DNA of 64,000 bases from Tubulanus polymorphus (GCF_964204645.1 NC_134031.1:3162001-3226000), one strand, 5' to 3'. Positions 1 through 12,600 are shown, counted from the first letter of the stretch. Notes: a model not told the origin generated them from the letters alone. A program made the numbers and translations.

Positions 1-818
1 TCGGAGTTTATGCGGCACTCGAGCCGGATGTCCCTTAAAATAATATATCTGCGAGTCATCGACTGCTGGATTGTTTAGGGATGTTACATTTCCCGATTTT
101 CCCTGCTTCTCAAACGTATAATTACGCATTATTTAGAAACCATATTTCGCATATTTAGTTCATTTAGGAAATAAATCTATAACTGACAATAATTCGATAA
201 AAATTCCGAAAATAAATTTCATTTCACCGTGTTCCCGTGTTATCGATGTTTTTCATGTTTTCCCACTCTCCCTCTCTCCCTCTCTCCCTCCCTCTCTCCC
301 CCCTCTCCCTCCGTTCCCTCCCTCTATCTCGCTCCCTTTTCCTCTTTCTTCAAAATCAGATATTATCCAGGGGCCAGTTTCATGGCTTAAATTTAAAACG
401 ATTTTGTGGCCACCAGTTCTAAAGCCGATAAAACAACTTACGACATGCCTCAAGACTTAAGATAATTCCTGAACTTGAGTGTGCTTCAAACATTCACTCA
501 ATGAGACGCGACAAGCACCTACCCGTTATCAATTAACACTCAATTGATAATGAGGATGTAGAAACTATTGCATATTCATTTGACGGACAATAGGACGTCA
601 TCTTTACACTACATAGTGGCAAGATGTTTACGCGTATGTTATTGTTTAGCAATAAGACATAGACGAGAGTGCTTCACTTATATGATAAGTATTCCGTGAT
701 AAGACAGCAACCCGCGAGTAATATCTGTTTTGGTCTGAAATCCACGTGAAAAGCACGAAAAATAGACAATGAAACGACGACGCTTACTCATTCCACATTC
801 ATCTATAAATATAAGGCG
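1..818 (+). repeat. Copy A of a diverged, triplicated local segment
   Basis: Colinear blocks shared with 3810..4672, e.g. ctcaaacgtataat, ccgaaaataaatttcatttcacc, ccaccagttctaaagccga, aaaagcacgaaaaatagacaatgaaa. Confidence 0.85.
260..350 (+). repeat. (CT/CCCT)-rich polypyrimidine tract
   Basis: About 90 nt of almost pure C/T; absent from paralogous copy C. Confidence 0.9.
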
Positions 819-1824
819 AACTATCCTGAAAATCCGGGCATAATAAAATTTGATTTGGTCTAAATGTTAAATTCAACGCGGCATCAAATTCAAATTGATC
901 AACCAAATCGTATCAAATCACCTCCGGAGGTGATTTAGAGATGGCGGACTCACAATTTCTTTTTCAAAAGAGAGTTTCTGCCTTTCAATGAGCACGCTCT
1001 TAGCTGTTTTTGAAAACTCAATGCATGTCGTGTGCCATCGACTAATCGTTTTAGAATCCATGATCAGTGTTATCAAATGGAAAACCCTATCAAAGCTGCC
1101 CCGAATTTCATCTTCTAGGAACTAGGAAATCGGCACAAACTAAACTCACCGTCGGTTCGACGGCAAATCTTTTATTTCACATATAATGATAAACGTACAC
1201 AGTCATATACATATGATATAAATATATATAAATAATCGATTAAAATTAATTTCGTCATCGAATGAATTGAGCGTATTGAAATTCAAACTCGTAGCACTAT
1301 AAAACTTCACTAGTGTAAAGTGGGTTCGAAATGCTATCGTTTGACAAATTGAAAACCTGTCGCATGGAGTAAGTTAACCCTATACTCTCGAATTCAATTA
1401 TATCAGTCTGGTCATTAGAATTTCTCTCACTTTCACTGAGAGCACTGTGTTTGGGCCTCTGGAAAAGCTTTCTGTGCAACTGTTCGCAAGAATCAGCCAT
1501 CTTGATTCTGATCGGGCCAGTTTTTGGGCTGCGGATGTGTCTAAAGTGTAGATACATGCATAACCGAGGTACCAAGACGATCCATTGAAGCCTCTTTCAA
1601 TCTCCCCAAAAAATAGGATTTCAGTCTACGGACGAATGGACGGACGAAAAGTGAACTCGTTTTAAATGGCGCGCGTCGTCACCGTTCCAACACGCGAAGA
1701 GAGGATACACAGTCGGATAGCTCGCGCCGAGAGCGTCGAAATTTCTCTTGCTAGGCAACATCAAATGACGGGCGAGGAAGCTAGGCTTCAGCTGTTTTTT
1801 GTTGTTGCGAAGCCAATCTAACAC

Positions 1825-2342
1825 TTCAGTAGAATTTTTTAAGATTTGAGACAAATGAACTTGTCGAGAGTGCATCAAACATTCAGTCAAGCGAGCAAAA
1901 CGACGAGCACCCCACCCGTAATCATTGCCAGAATGACAACGAGGATGTTGAAACTATGAATCGCTTATTCATTAGACGGCCAATATGACGTCAACGTTAC
2001 ACTACATAACTAGATAGTTGCAAGATGTTTAGGCGTAAGCCCCGAACATACTATGCGATTTTATTCGCACAACGTCTGCGATTAGAGATTTCGCAGCGAA
2101 ATTCGCACAGTGTGTTCGCGGCCGTAGCGATAAAAACAATAAGGCAATAATGCTTCATTTAGTATTTCATAATAACACATCGAACCGCGAGTAATATCTG
2201 TTTTGGTCAGAAGTCCACCTGAAAAGCAAGAAAAAAAATAGACAATAAAACGACGTTTATTCCACATTCATTGATGTATATAATGTATACACAATACAAT
2301 CATTATTTCATATAAAGACGGACCTCGTATTTCCCATTCTAC
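1825..2342 (+). repeat. Copy B (5'-truncated) of the triplicated segment
   Basis: gagagtgcatcaaacattcagtcaag, gacggccaatatga and tataaagac..ctcgtat..ccattcta are shared with copy C; ccgcgagtaatatctgttttggtc is shared with copy A. Confidence 0.85.
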
Positions 2343-3697
2343 AGGAATTTTATTTACGTTAGGAAATAAAATGTTTTATGAGAGCCAGCGTAGTTCATCT
2401 ATCACGAGATCAAACACGTGTCTTATCACTTGTTGAACTCCGCCCACTGAGTAACCTCGTGGCGATTCAGTCCGTCTGAGTTTCCTAGACGCATACGTGC
2501 TATTAAAACCCACCCTTATGTCCCATCCCCTGTTGGAAATCGATGTGTAAACTGCTTTCCCAGATTATCTCGGAGGATTCTATTAACATTTATTGTGACT
2601 TTGTATTAGGCACTTTTTGGGCCAACCTTTTTGCAAAATTCTGTTTTAATCAGGAATATTTGCATTTCCGTCATTTCTGTAAATAAATGACCTTTCATCA
2701 ATCAATCACACAATCTTCTTAATTTTGCTACACATCTAGTTCGGTGTTTTATTCTCACGGAGCAAGGGGTATCATAAAAACCATTATTTTGGTACGTGAA
2801 AACGAGACAAATATACTTCCATTATCGTGGACACTTCCCGCCCACGAGACCGAGCTGCTACACGTCTCGAAGCATTTGCGTCATAAAAATCTTATATAAA
2901 ACCTCAATGTTCTACTTTCGGTTGAAAAATAAGTATATTCACTTGCCTATTCCATCCATCGTCATAGCTTACACTGTCTGGCTGTTGAACTATATCGATT
3001 CAAGCTGGACTAACAAGAAATCGCGCGATAGCTCTCTATGAAACCCCTCGAGTACACATCATTCTGAACATGTTTGTAATTCTATAATCGAAAGTGGATT
3101 CAAATTCGCGAATGGCTAAACTTTTAAGATCGGAATATTTGCAATGTAATATCAAGTTGCCCATCTGTTTTCAAATCGCTCGAGCGACCGGGCTTCATAT
3201 AAGGAGTTCTCCCAAACACGTAAGCATTATCTCTATCACTCGGCGTATTTAGTTTGTAGTTTTGGTGTGCGCATAAGTTGACCACTTACTCCTTCTAACA
3301 TCGGCGTCTTGAATTGCGTAGGTTGTATAAGTTCCAGTACATAATCTACAATGATAGGTAAGTTATTTAATAATGTTTCTTTCAACGCAAATAGTATTTA
3401 TCTTCTAAACTGTGTTCAATCAACAGTTCATGTATACTTTTATCTACTTTACCTCGCGCCGCAATAGACGCCCGTTATACAAAACACGTAGTCAGTTAAA
3501 TACCCGAATATATCAGAGACATATTATATCAACCCACGTATTCTGGTGATCTTAGCATTTTGTGCAGGCTGATTTGATAATTCGCCTTTCAAATTATCCC
3601 TAGATGAATTTTCATTTTTGCATTGAATTATGAACCGAATACGATATGTGGAACGTTCAAACGGACTAAATTCTTAATAGGAACAATTATTTTTCAG

Positions 3698-3798
3698 GCA
3701 AAATTTCTGAATTTATTGTTCCGCTTTGTGGAATTTTCGTGTCCATCTGGGCAATGGCTGATGCAGCCGATGACGAAAAAGAAAAAGAGACCGATTTG
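3698..3798 (+). CDS. Candidate first coding exon of an unidentified plus-strand gene (ATG at 3754; MADAADDEKEKETDL)
   Basis: ttatttttcag acceptor ending at 3697, gcaATGG start context, acidic N-terminus, TTG|GTGAGG donor at 3799. An upstream TAG|GTAAGT donor at 3358 would close a 5'UTR exon. No downstream exon was identified with confidence. Confidence 0.35.
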
Positions 3799-3809
3799 GT
3801 GAGGTTATA

Positions 3810-4672
3810 TCGGGTTATATGCGGCAATCCAACCCCATGCAACACAGCTGGCTACAGATTACCAAGCTAATGAAAATCATCATTTTCGCGAGTCGTCGGG
3901 CGCTGGGTTAAAGGAATACTATTACGAAGTTTTCGCGTCCCGATATTTCCTACCTCTCAAACGTATAATCTAACATCCTTTACAAACTATATTTCGTCTA
4001 TTTAGTGAATTTTAGTGGATTTGAGAAAACCAATCTATGGCTATCAATTATTCGATTAAAAGCCGAAAATAAATTTCATTTCACCTTATTCCCGTGATCT
4101 CAGTATTTTTCATGTATTCTCGTGACTATTCGTTCATATGATCCATGATGGGCCAGATTCATAGGCATGGCTTTAATACAAGACGAGTTTATGACCACCA
4201 GTTCTAAAGCCGACCAAACAATTGAAGACAAATCTTAAGCTTTGAGACAATTTATGGAATTGAGAGTGCATCAAACATTCAGTCAAGGAGACGAAGCGAC
4301 GAGCACCAACCCGTAATCAATTAACATTCAACTGACAATGAGGATGTAGAAACTATCGTATAAATCGCTTCTTCATTTGACGGCCAATATGATGTCATCG
4401 TTAGATTACATACTACACGGTTGCAAGATATTTAGGTGTTCCTTTTAGTTTAGCAATAAGACATGGGCGAGAATGCTTCACTTGGTATTTCATGATAAGA
4501 CAGCGAACCGCGCCAGTAATATCTTTTTCAGTCCGAAATCACGTAAAAAGCACGAAAAATAGACAATGAAATGACGACGCTTTATTTATTTCACATTCAT
4601 TTATAAATGTAATGCAATGTTCACATATAATTATGATTTGATATAAAGACAGCCCTCGTATATTCCATTCTA
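3810..4672 (+). repeat. Copy C of the triplicated segment
   Basis: Begins tcgggttatatgcggcaatc versus tcggagtttatgcggcactc at position 1; colinear with copies A and B. Confidence 0.85.
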
Positions 4673-6582
4673 TGTTATAGTGTAGTTTGGCGAACTCGCA
4701 GACAAAATGTCAATTCACTAGCCGTAGACATATCATTAAACATACGGAATTATGTTGCGTCTTACGCCACGGAATCGAAACTTTCATTCTGAATTCCCGT
4801 ACTATTATAAGTGCTTACTTTATAGAACGAATCAGATTTTACGAAGAACGTTCGTGGCAAAGATGCATAGTTTGGTAAAATGCATGCTTTAAAACATCGT
4901 ATTATACAAACACTGATGGAAAATATTATAATATGTAAAATTTCCAGAAAAAACGACATAGTCTCATTCGCGTGGCTCGTAGAAAGTATCCGCCAGTTAA
5001 ACCTTTCAGAATAGTAGCAAAATAGTCATATGTCCGTTATTCTTTAAATGATTTTTAAGATTCAGTCGAAATATTTCAGCATCTGTGAATTTTCTGAAAA
5101 AGATTCCTACAAATTTGCTCGAGGCCTTTATGATAATATTGTGGAATTGACAAAATGCGGAGCTTCATTTCACGCCGAGGCAGACACACAATATATGTAT
5201 TCTTTAGTAAACGTCATATTTTTCCATATTCCAAAGTAACCAAACCCATAGAGCGCAATAACATTTCTATCTATCTTCCACACGATATTATCATAAAATT
5301 GCCATATAGACATACATGTACATATAATATGTATATTTTAACACGAGGACGCGTACAAAATATATAATGTATTAATTAATATCGTAATATCATAATATAA
5401 TATAAAGTGGTCATTTTAAATATAATCAAACAAGAAATATTCGTTTTATAGAATATATATATATATATGTATATATGAGTACATCGCTATAACTAATAGT
5501 ACTTTACCATTTTTCTCAATTTCAATTAAAATAGCTTTGTATATATGTATATGATTTACAGAGAAAAACGTTCTTAACATTGCTGCCGCGAGAAGAACAC
5601 GCTAAACGCCACGCCGTCTTAGATACGATGATAGAAATATCGTTGTATCGTCCACGACAAAAAATCTATACGACTGATTTTTTTTTTCGAAAAGCATTGT
5701 TTTTTTTCCTAGTTTATCTAAAATCCGATCGATAAAAAATACCCCTAAACGGCACACACCTCGAGGTGGACTGCGAATAAAAATTGAAGCTTACTTATGA
5801 TAAATGAGACACGCTGAATATCCTATGACATATAATGAATAAAATTCGCTTATATTTGCGCATATTTGCAATTCCACGGTCATGATGGCACTGTTGGCCC
5901 TACACAGCCGACCAGTCCAATCTCAGTGTACTTGAGTCTGCACCGAGGAATCGCTTTTGTAAATCGTCCGAAAAATTTCTATCATATAAGTACACATATC
6001 TATTGAGTGCTATGGTAAAGCTAGACGCTAACTAATATTCATATTGACAAGAAACCGATTATTTATTTCAAAACTTTAATCGAATGCGTCGTAGTCGCGA
6101 ATCGGCAGATAAACGTTCATCTAAATACGAGTAAATTTTGTAACACACCTAGAAAAGTGAAATACGACAGATTACATAATCCTGAGGGTTTTCATCAAGC
6201 AGAATTTAGAAGCTATAGACTTTGAGGCTATTTAACTCTTTATGCTATCCGGCTCCAGTTGCTAAGTCGCGATCCGAGTCCCAGAGTCTAAACTCTTAAA
6301 CCAAATGGGAATCAAATGCGTTACATCGATTCTTCAAAACACATTGAATTCCAAAGTCAAAACTTTAACCGATGAATATATGGAACATCCCCCTGTATTG
6401 TCCGCGTATAATTTCAGACAAGGCTCGTAAAATTAGTCAATACACATTTTCTTGTACGATTGCGGATCTTAGTTTATTGAATTCCTTCATTGTGACCATT
6501 TCACGTTATAATCTGCCTATTCTTCATTGTTGTTACGACGAAATTCCTTTTACATCTCCCAGTTCTTCTGTTCTCATTTGCT

Positions 6583-6651
6583 TTACGCTTGAGCCTCTTC
6601 GTCGGTTTTCAGTTTCATTTCTTCAGCTTCTCCGGCATCGTTTTCATCGGC
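6583..6651 (-). CDS. iGluR-like exon 7, acidic C-tail ADENDAGEAEEMKLKTDEEAQA*
   Basis: catttcattaag acceptor (AAG, less common), phase 0, purine-rich coding-like composition, TAA stop; AATAAA on the minus strand at 6473..6478. Confidence 0.65.
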   Translation of the reverse strand, partial: ADENDAGEAEEMKLKTDEEAQA

Positions 6652-9600
6652 CTTAATGAAATGTAAAGTTGATCAAAAGGTAGAATATGTACAAATTTTA
6701 TCGGCAAAGTAAGGGTTTATTACACTACTAAAAGAGCGTTGTTGTATGGCACAGAATGGTCCTGAAAGTATTCGTTGTTAGATTGGTTATTACAAATGAT
6801 ATTCTGCTCTAAATGCGTTTAGACAGTATAGACCTGACTGTGCAACTCGTCTATGTTTTAAACCCCAAAGCTAAGTTGCACTGTCTTGTTGACTACGCAA
6901 TTCCGTCGTAAGACTGGTCTGGCAACACTAGCCCAGGTTAATTTCGGATTCTTGACTTACTAAACGGAATAAGTCACTGGTCGTACTAGTTCTTACCTTT
7001 CCTTTATTCGAGTTTTTCTTCTTATGAATGCAAATCTCGATTATGAAGGCGATCAACGAGATGATGATACCGATGATGAGTACGAGCAAGGCGCCGCCGA
7101 ACTCGTCCAAACCGACCGACGTGTCGCCGTACATCTTACCACCACTAGCCGGTATATACTGCTCGTCGTTGACGCGGAATCGCTTGCAACTTTCACCGGA
7201 AACGAACCACTTGCGGTTGAGCGCGTGCAGCTTGCCTTCACCTTGCATTCTCAGCAAGGCGATGTCCAGACGACTTCTCAGTTGCGAGTTCTTCGCCACG
7301 GCGAACCCGTAACCTCTGCTGTTCACCGGGCGTCCGACGATAACCAAATCGCATTCGGGATTTCGACGAGTTGTATATTCGATCATTGGTTCTTCGCCGA
7401 TGAAGGCATACGACTCGTTGAGCGCTCGGTTCATGCCTCCGGTTACCGTCTTGGCTACTTGCAGATTCTTGAACATCTTCTTGTAGGTTTCGGTGGTGGA
7501 GTTTCGGAAGAACGAGTACGTCGAGCCTTTATCAACGGTACCGAAGTTGATGCCGGAACTCGCCAGTTCTTCGACGCTGCTCACGCGTGGTTTAGTGTTG
7601 AGGGTCGCGGCGCTTCGCACCATGCCGGAAATGTAGGTGACGAGGAAGACAAGACTGAAAAACCACCAGAAGGCGACCAGAATTCTGACTGAAATTGCTG
7701 CTGGACGGATTGTACTACCTGCCATAGAGAAAATAACATACGTTTATTTCCTTGAAAGTTATATGATTGCGTGAAGGAAAAACAGAAAGATTTAAAGTTA
7801 AACATAAAACGATAGCAAGTAACACATATTTCCTTAAAATGGAAATATACAAAATTACCATAATTACATGACTACATGACAAAGTTTTGCTCTAAAGAAG
7901 TGAAAAACGAGAAGTTGGAAATTTAGCTGGAAATTTGCGTTCATTTGAAGCATTATAAATCTTGTGAGTGTTGGTGTTGCCATGAAAATCTCGGGATGCC
8001 CAATGGAACAAGCCTGTAGTGAGTAAATTAACCAATTATTGAACACGCAACGCTAGAAATGTGGAATTGAAGTCCAAACATAGCTGCAGGCATAGGAACT
8101 CGGGACTTTGCGGGTAATGCATACAAGGTATCATAGATTTAAATGGCTAATGATCGTATATATCTTTTCTAACTTGCACCTTGTAAGAAAAGACTGCTCA
8201 ACATCAGCCACAAGCTTTTATTGATGGCGAATCTATCGTATTTCGTCGCTTCTTGCTTCGTTTCGTACGGGTTGAAATGCATGTACAATGCCAGAATAAC
8301 GCCGACCTGAATTGAGAGGGAAAAATGGGGAACTTTTATTAACATCATTCGAGCGTTCTGAATATTGCTACATCGCGCGCGCGTACAAAGCATTATAGGT
8401 CTTCTATCAACCCGTTAGAAAAATAATGGATTGTAACATGTTTGAAGATGAAGGAAATACCGAACATAAAAACATGAAAGGCATTTAGTCATCTTAGATG
8501 CTTTCACTGGAGATTAGAGATGTATCAGCCGTGTATGATGTGAGCCGTGACATCAATGTAATAATGATATCTCCGCATAAAAATCACGCGCTTAAGAAGC
8601 GATGTCATTTGTCACTTGATGGCGACGGCGTCTTCCCGAACTAGAGATGCACGAGCACCATTGGTAAATCGATAGCAGTTTTATAGACAAGTCTTCGCCT
8701 GAACATAAGTGCTAGTTCAACTATCGTTCGAGGGCTGGTATATTTCTCCTAAGAATTTTGGCAGTACGTTGCAGTGGTTTTACTGGTAAATTTTCCATCG
8801 GACGACCTTCTCAATTGGAACTCAAAATGCGACCTTATTCCCCCCTTCCTCACTCGCTCCCCCTACCTTCCACCCTCCCTCCCTCACTCTCGCCTTTCTT
8901 TGTCCGCAACTTGTTTTTGATATACGTACCACAACAAAGGCGATTATAACGGCAATCCATACACCGTACTTCAACGGCGACAGGAAGAAAGCCATCGTAG
9001 CCTTAGAGCCAGTCTCCGAACCGAAGTTCGTCTTTTTGCTCATGCCGACGACGATTCCTGTTTGCATGTAAGGTGTCGTGAAGTCGATGACTTTTTCGCG
9101 TTCGTGCGTGATTGTCAGCGCTGCAGCGGCAATGTTCGCTTCCTGAAAAATCGAATCAATCTGTGTCTATTAAAACGACGACATCCACTTAGGCCTCTAG
9201 CTTCTATACCCATGTCAATTCCGTATGGCATGGGGATTATGACATTAATGATTCTCCGTTTTGAAAGCCCTAACCCATAAGTCGATTCGGAAAACTGATC
9301 GCAACGCGTCACACTAGAAGGATATGGTCCCCAGGCTCTGCCGAAATTTAGCTCATTCCAAGCACCGTTTTGATCATCCCGCATATAAAAATTGTACCCA
9401 TTACTGCCTATCACTAAATGAAACATGGAATGAGAACTTTAGCCAACAAGGAGATTGTTCTAATGTGCGGATCTCCTCCCCTGGATCTAGTTCTAAAACT
9501 ATTTGTATGTATAGAGGCGATAAAATAAATAGAATTTGGATTTCTTTAGCATTTTTTAGACTCGCGCAGAGGATAGATATCTGTTTCGAACTTACGTCAC

Positions 9601-12600
9601 GAGTAATTTCGCCGACCATTCCGACCCATTGACCGTTTTCTTGAGAGCCGTATTTTCCATCCTTAACCAATATTATCTCGTAAGTTATCGTCATATCCTT
9701 GGCAATAGCGTCCAGTAGGTCTTTGATATAACCGAAGTATCGGTCATTACCTTTGGCGCCTGCATTTGTACTCTCAACCAAGTACGGCTTTTCCTGAAAA
9801 AAAGTTTTAGAATATTTACAGTTTTCCTCAGAACTTCGCACGAATATTTTCTGGTTTAGTTTCTATATTCAATTGGCTTTATTTACATGTATTTTTTATT
9901 TTTTAAGGATTCGAATCTTGGGCGAAACTTTGCAAACTTAAGTGCAACCGAATGTGACATAAGGAATAATGCTAAATTTTTATTTTTGTTTTGAAAGGAA
10001 ATAGATACATTTCAAATTTGTGAATTCTCGCGTCAGGGAATGTGACTAGTTGTTGTAAACCCTTACTTCTCTGGCCTTTGTCCCCATAAGGGGAAAAAGA
10101 AACCTCGAACCAACTGAAAATACCCCCAGTGACTAGGGTTGAATTATCTAGAATAATCGGTTATCCACAACGAGAAAGTTGACGCAGATTAGGGAATGCA
10201 CCGAAATGACAATACCCCGCACCATTTAAAAACTTTTCTTTTCCCAATCTCTTTCGCTAAGAAATGCGCCATATGTTTATCTAAGTGCACGGGAAAAATG
10301 CTTTGTTTAATCTGTCACGCGAATGCGACTGGATTTTATGTATATGCTAGTCGGCTATTCATTTTTTAAGGATCAGTCGACCCAATTTTCGATATAACGA
10401 AGCCCGCATCATCAAATAAAAGAACGCTCCTCGCAAATCGTCGCCGCCGACGCTGAAGAGGTATTCATACGCGCTCGTGTGTAATAACCCCGCATATTAT
10501 ACGTATCATAGCGCCAGACAAATGAGTGCCGTGTGTTCGCTTATTTGCGGCGATTACCAACACGTATTTTATCGCTTTCACGAGAAGGGTGTCGAACGTG
10601 TCTTGAAGTTGGAAAATATTCCAGACATCGATCGTAGATTTTAAGCCAAATTAGATTGTAAAGCTGTGGTCTTGCTTGTTAACATCTTCGAACGATTAGA
10701 TAATAACAAAAATCTATAAGAATTATGTATTCTTGATAATGATAGTAGACCTCCGATAAACTCGTCGGTTATCATAGCACAAGCGACCGTCTAAAATTTG
10801 ATTGAAGAACGAAACCACGAAAGTAACACTCTTAAAGAGGATTTTGACGTTTCAAATGCTATGAGCCATTTTGGGTTTATAGGATTTGAGTAGAAAAGTC
10901 GAAATTATCTTATGGCTTTTCTTTAAATTAGGGGTTCTATTCATCCCCATCGCCTGGGCCTTTCTGGGCTGTGGTGAACTGACATTAATCCCCAGTCGCC
11001 TCCCTCTAGCTTGATCAAGCTCGCCTCGAAAATCCTATTCGGCGCGAATTTCAAGATTGTTCCCTGGGAAATCGTATCAACTTCTTTGATGCGCACAGTT
11101 CAGGGTGATACCGTCCAATCTTTTAAAACAGACTCAGCTTCCCGCAGCGATTGAAATGCGATCACGAATGAAAGGGTTAACCGACGTGCGATGGTTCTAT
11201 CGCTGCCGGTTTTACATTAGCGCTCGTTGAGTAAGATTCATCCTATTTTTACACGCTAACGACCGCGCGATTACACGTCGAAATTAGCATCTATAACGCA
11301 CAGATTTACGGCGTAAATTCGAGCCGAAAATTGTGTTAATAACCATACGTCGAGATATAATACACGATGTGAATTCTGATGTCATAAATAAACGCGGCGA
11401 GAACTGTGCCGTGCGGTGTCACAGTCAAAGAAAAGGCTCTGGATGCAATTAATACTAGATATAATGATAGAGAACTATGTAGGCGCGTGGTAGGTTCGCC
11501 TACTATGTAGGCGCGTGGTAGGTTCACCTACATACTATCAAAATGTGGTGCTTAGTGCCTACCCGCACGACGCAGCGAAACATGTAACACACGGTAACAC
11601 AGAAACACGGAAACAAACACGACTCAATATTGTCCCCAAAACGCTCGGAAACATGACTGTATCCTGATTCCGTGTTTCCATGCGTCATGTGCGCTGGGCT
11701 TAAGCTATGTAGATAGTACAGGACTTTTGAAATCATAATCGTCCGTTCAAATTCTTCATTCCATTTAAGTAATTGATTCGCAAACGCTGTAGATTCGTGT
11801 CACTAAACGCCTTAAATTCAATGTAAATCACGTCTTCAACCTTATCAAGATTGTTCTCTTTTTCTATTTTCTCATTTTGATGACATTGTTGACACTGTCT
11901 GAATTCAGTTGATTATGTTTCCTTTGTGTAAATGTTCCGCCGCTATCTACAAAGCTTTCGAGACCATCCACGGGTAATGGCGGTTCGTTTTTATCGGCCT
12001 ATTCTCACGATTTACTCATATATTTGTTCTGCTTTTATGGATGTTTTACTGCAGCGAGCAATTTCTTCTGTTTATATTGAAATAGTGCACTATCGGTAGT
12101 ACATCGAAAATACTCGAGACACCGAGAAAAAAATCATTCGGAAGAACGTATCGGTACATTTTATGGAAAAACTCTAGGCTTTAAGTGCTTCAGTGAATAC
12201 GACAACTGCTAATGATATACTTACCAAAATAGTGGTTACGACCGCGTGGGGTTTACCATCTATCACAGGAAGACCATACTTCGTCTGGCCTAAAATGGGA
12301 GAATCATTTAGAATATATTAGGATTCTGTGGTGATAGTGCGAGTTTCGATCGTGCAAAGTTTGCCGTAAAATCATTAAACAAATTTTATATCGTTCAATA
12401 TGATATTGGCTAAAGTTTCAAGTTCGAGGTCGATGCTTATACTGCTCGTTATAAATGTTATTTTTGGATTCGCTGTATTTCGCCACCTTTCATTGTTTTT
12501 TTTTCATGTCGTTGTTTATGGTCGGTATCATGATATAGTGACTTTCATCGTCGGCTTTATCTTTAACCACATACACTGGTCGAAGGTTGAGATTGACTAC

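Noticed and set aside
7024-7692. 222-aa plus-strand ORF and the smaller overlapping ORFs
   Set aside because: Antisense or alternate-frame shadow of iGluR exon 6; no recognisable domain.
6928-7725. 265-aa ORF as a stand-alone gene starting MAGST
   Set aside because: The ATG lies in the acceptor region (tctATGgcag); the ORF begins mid-pore-loop and joins exon 5 in frame.
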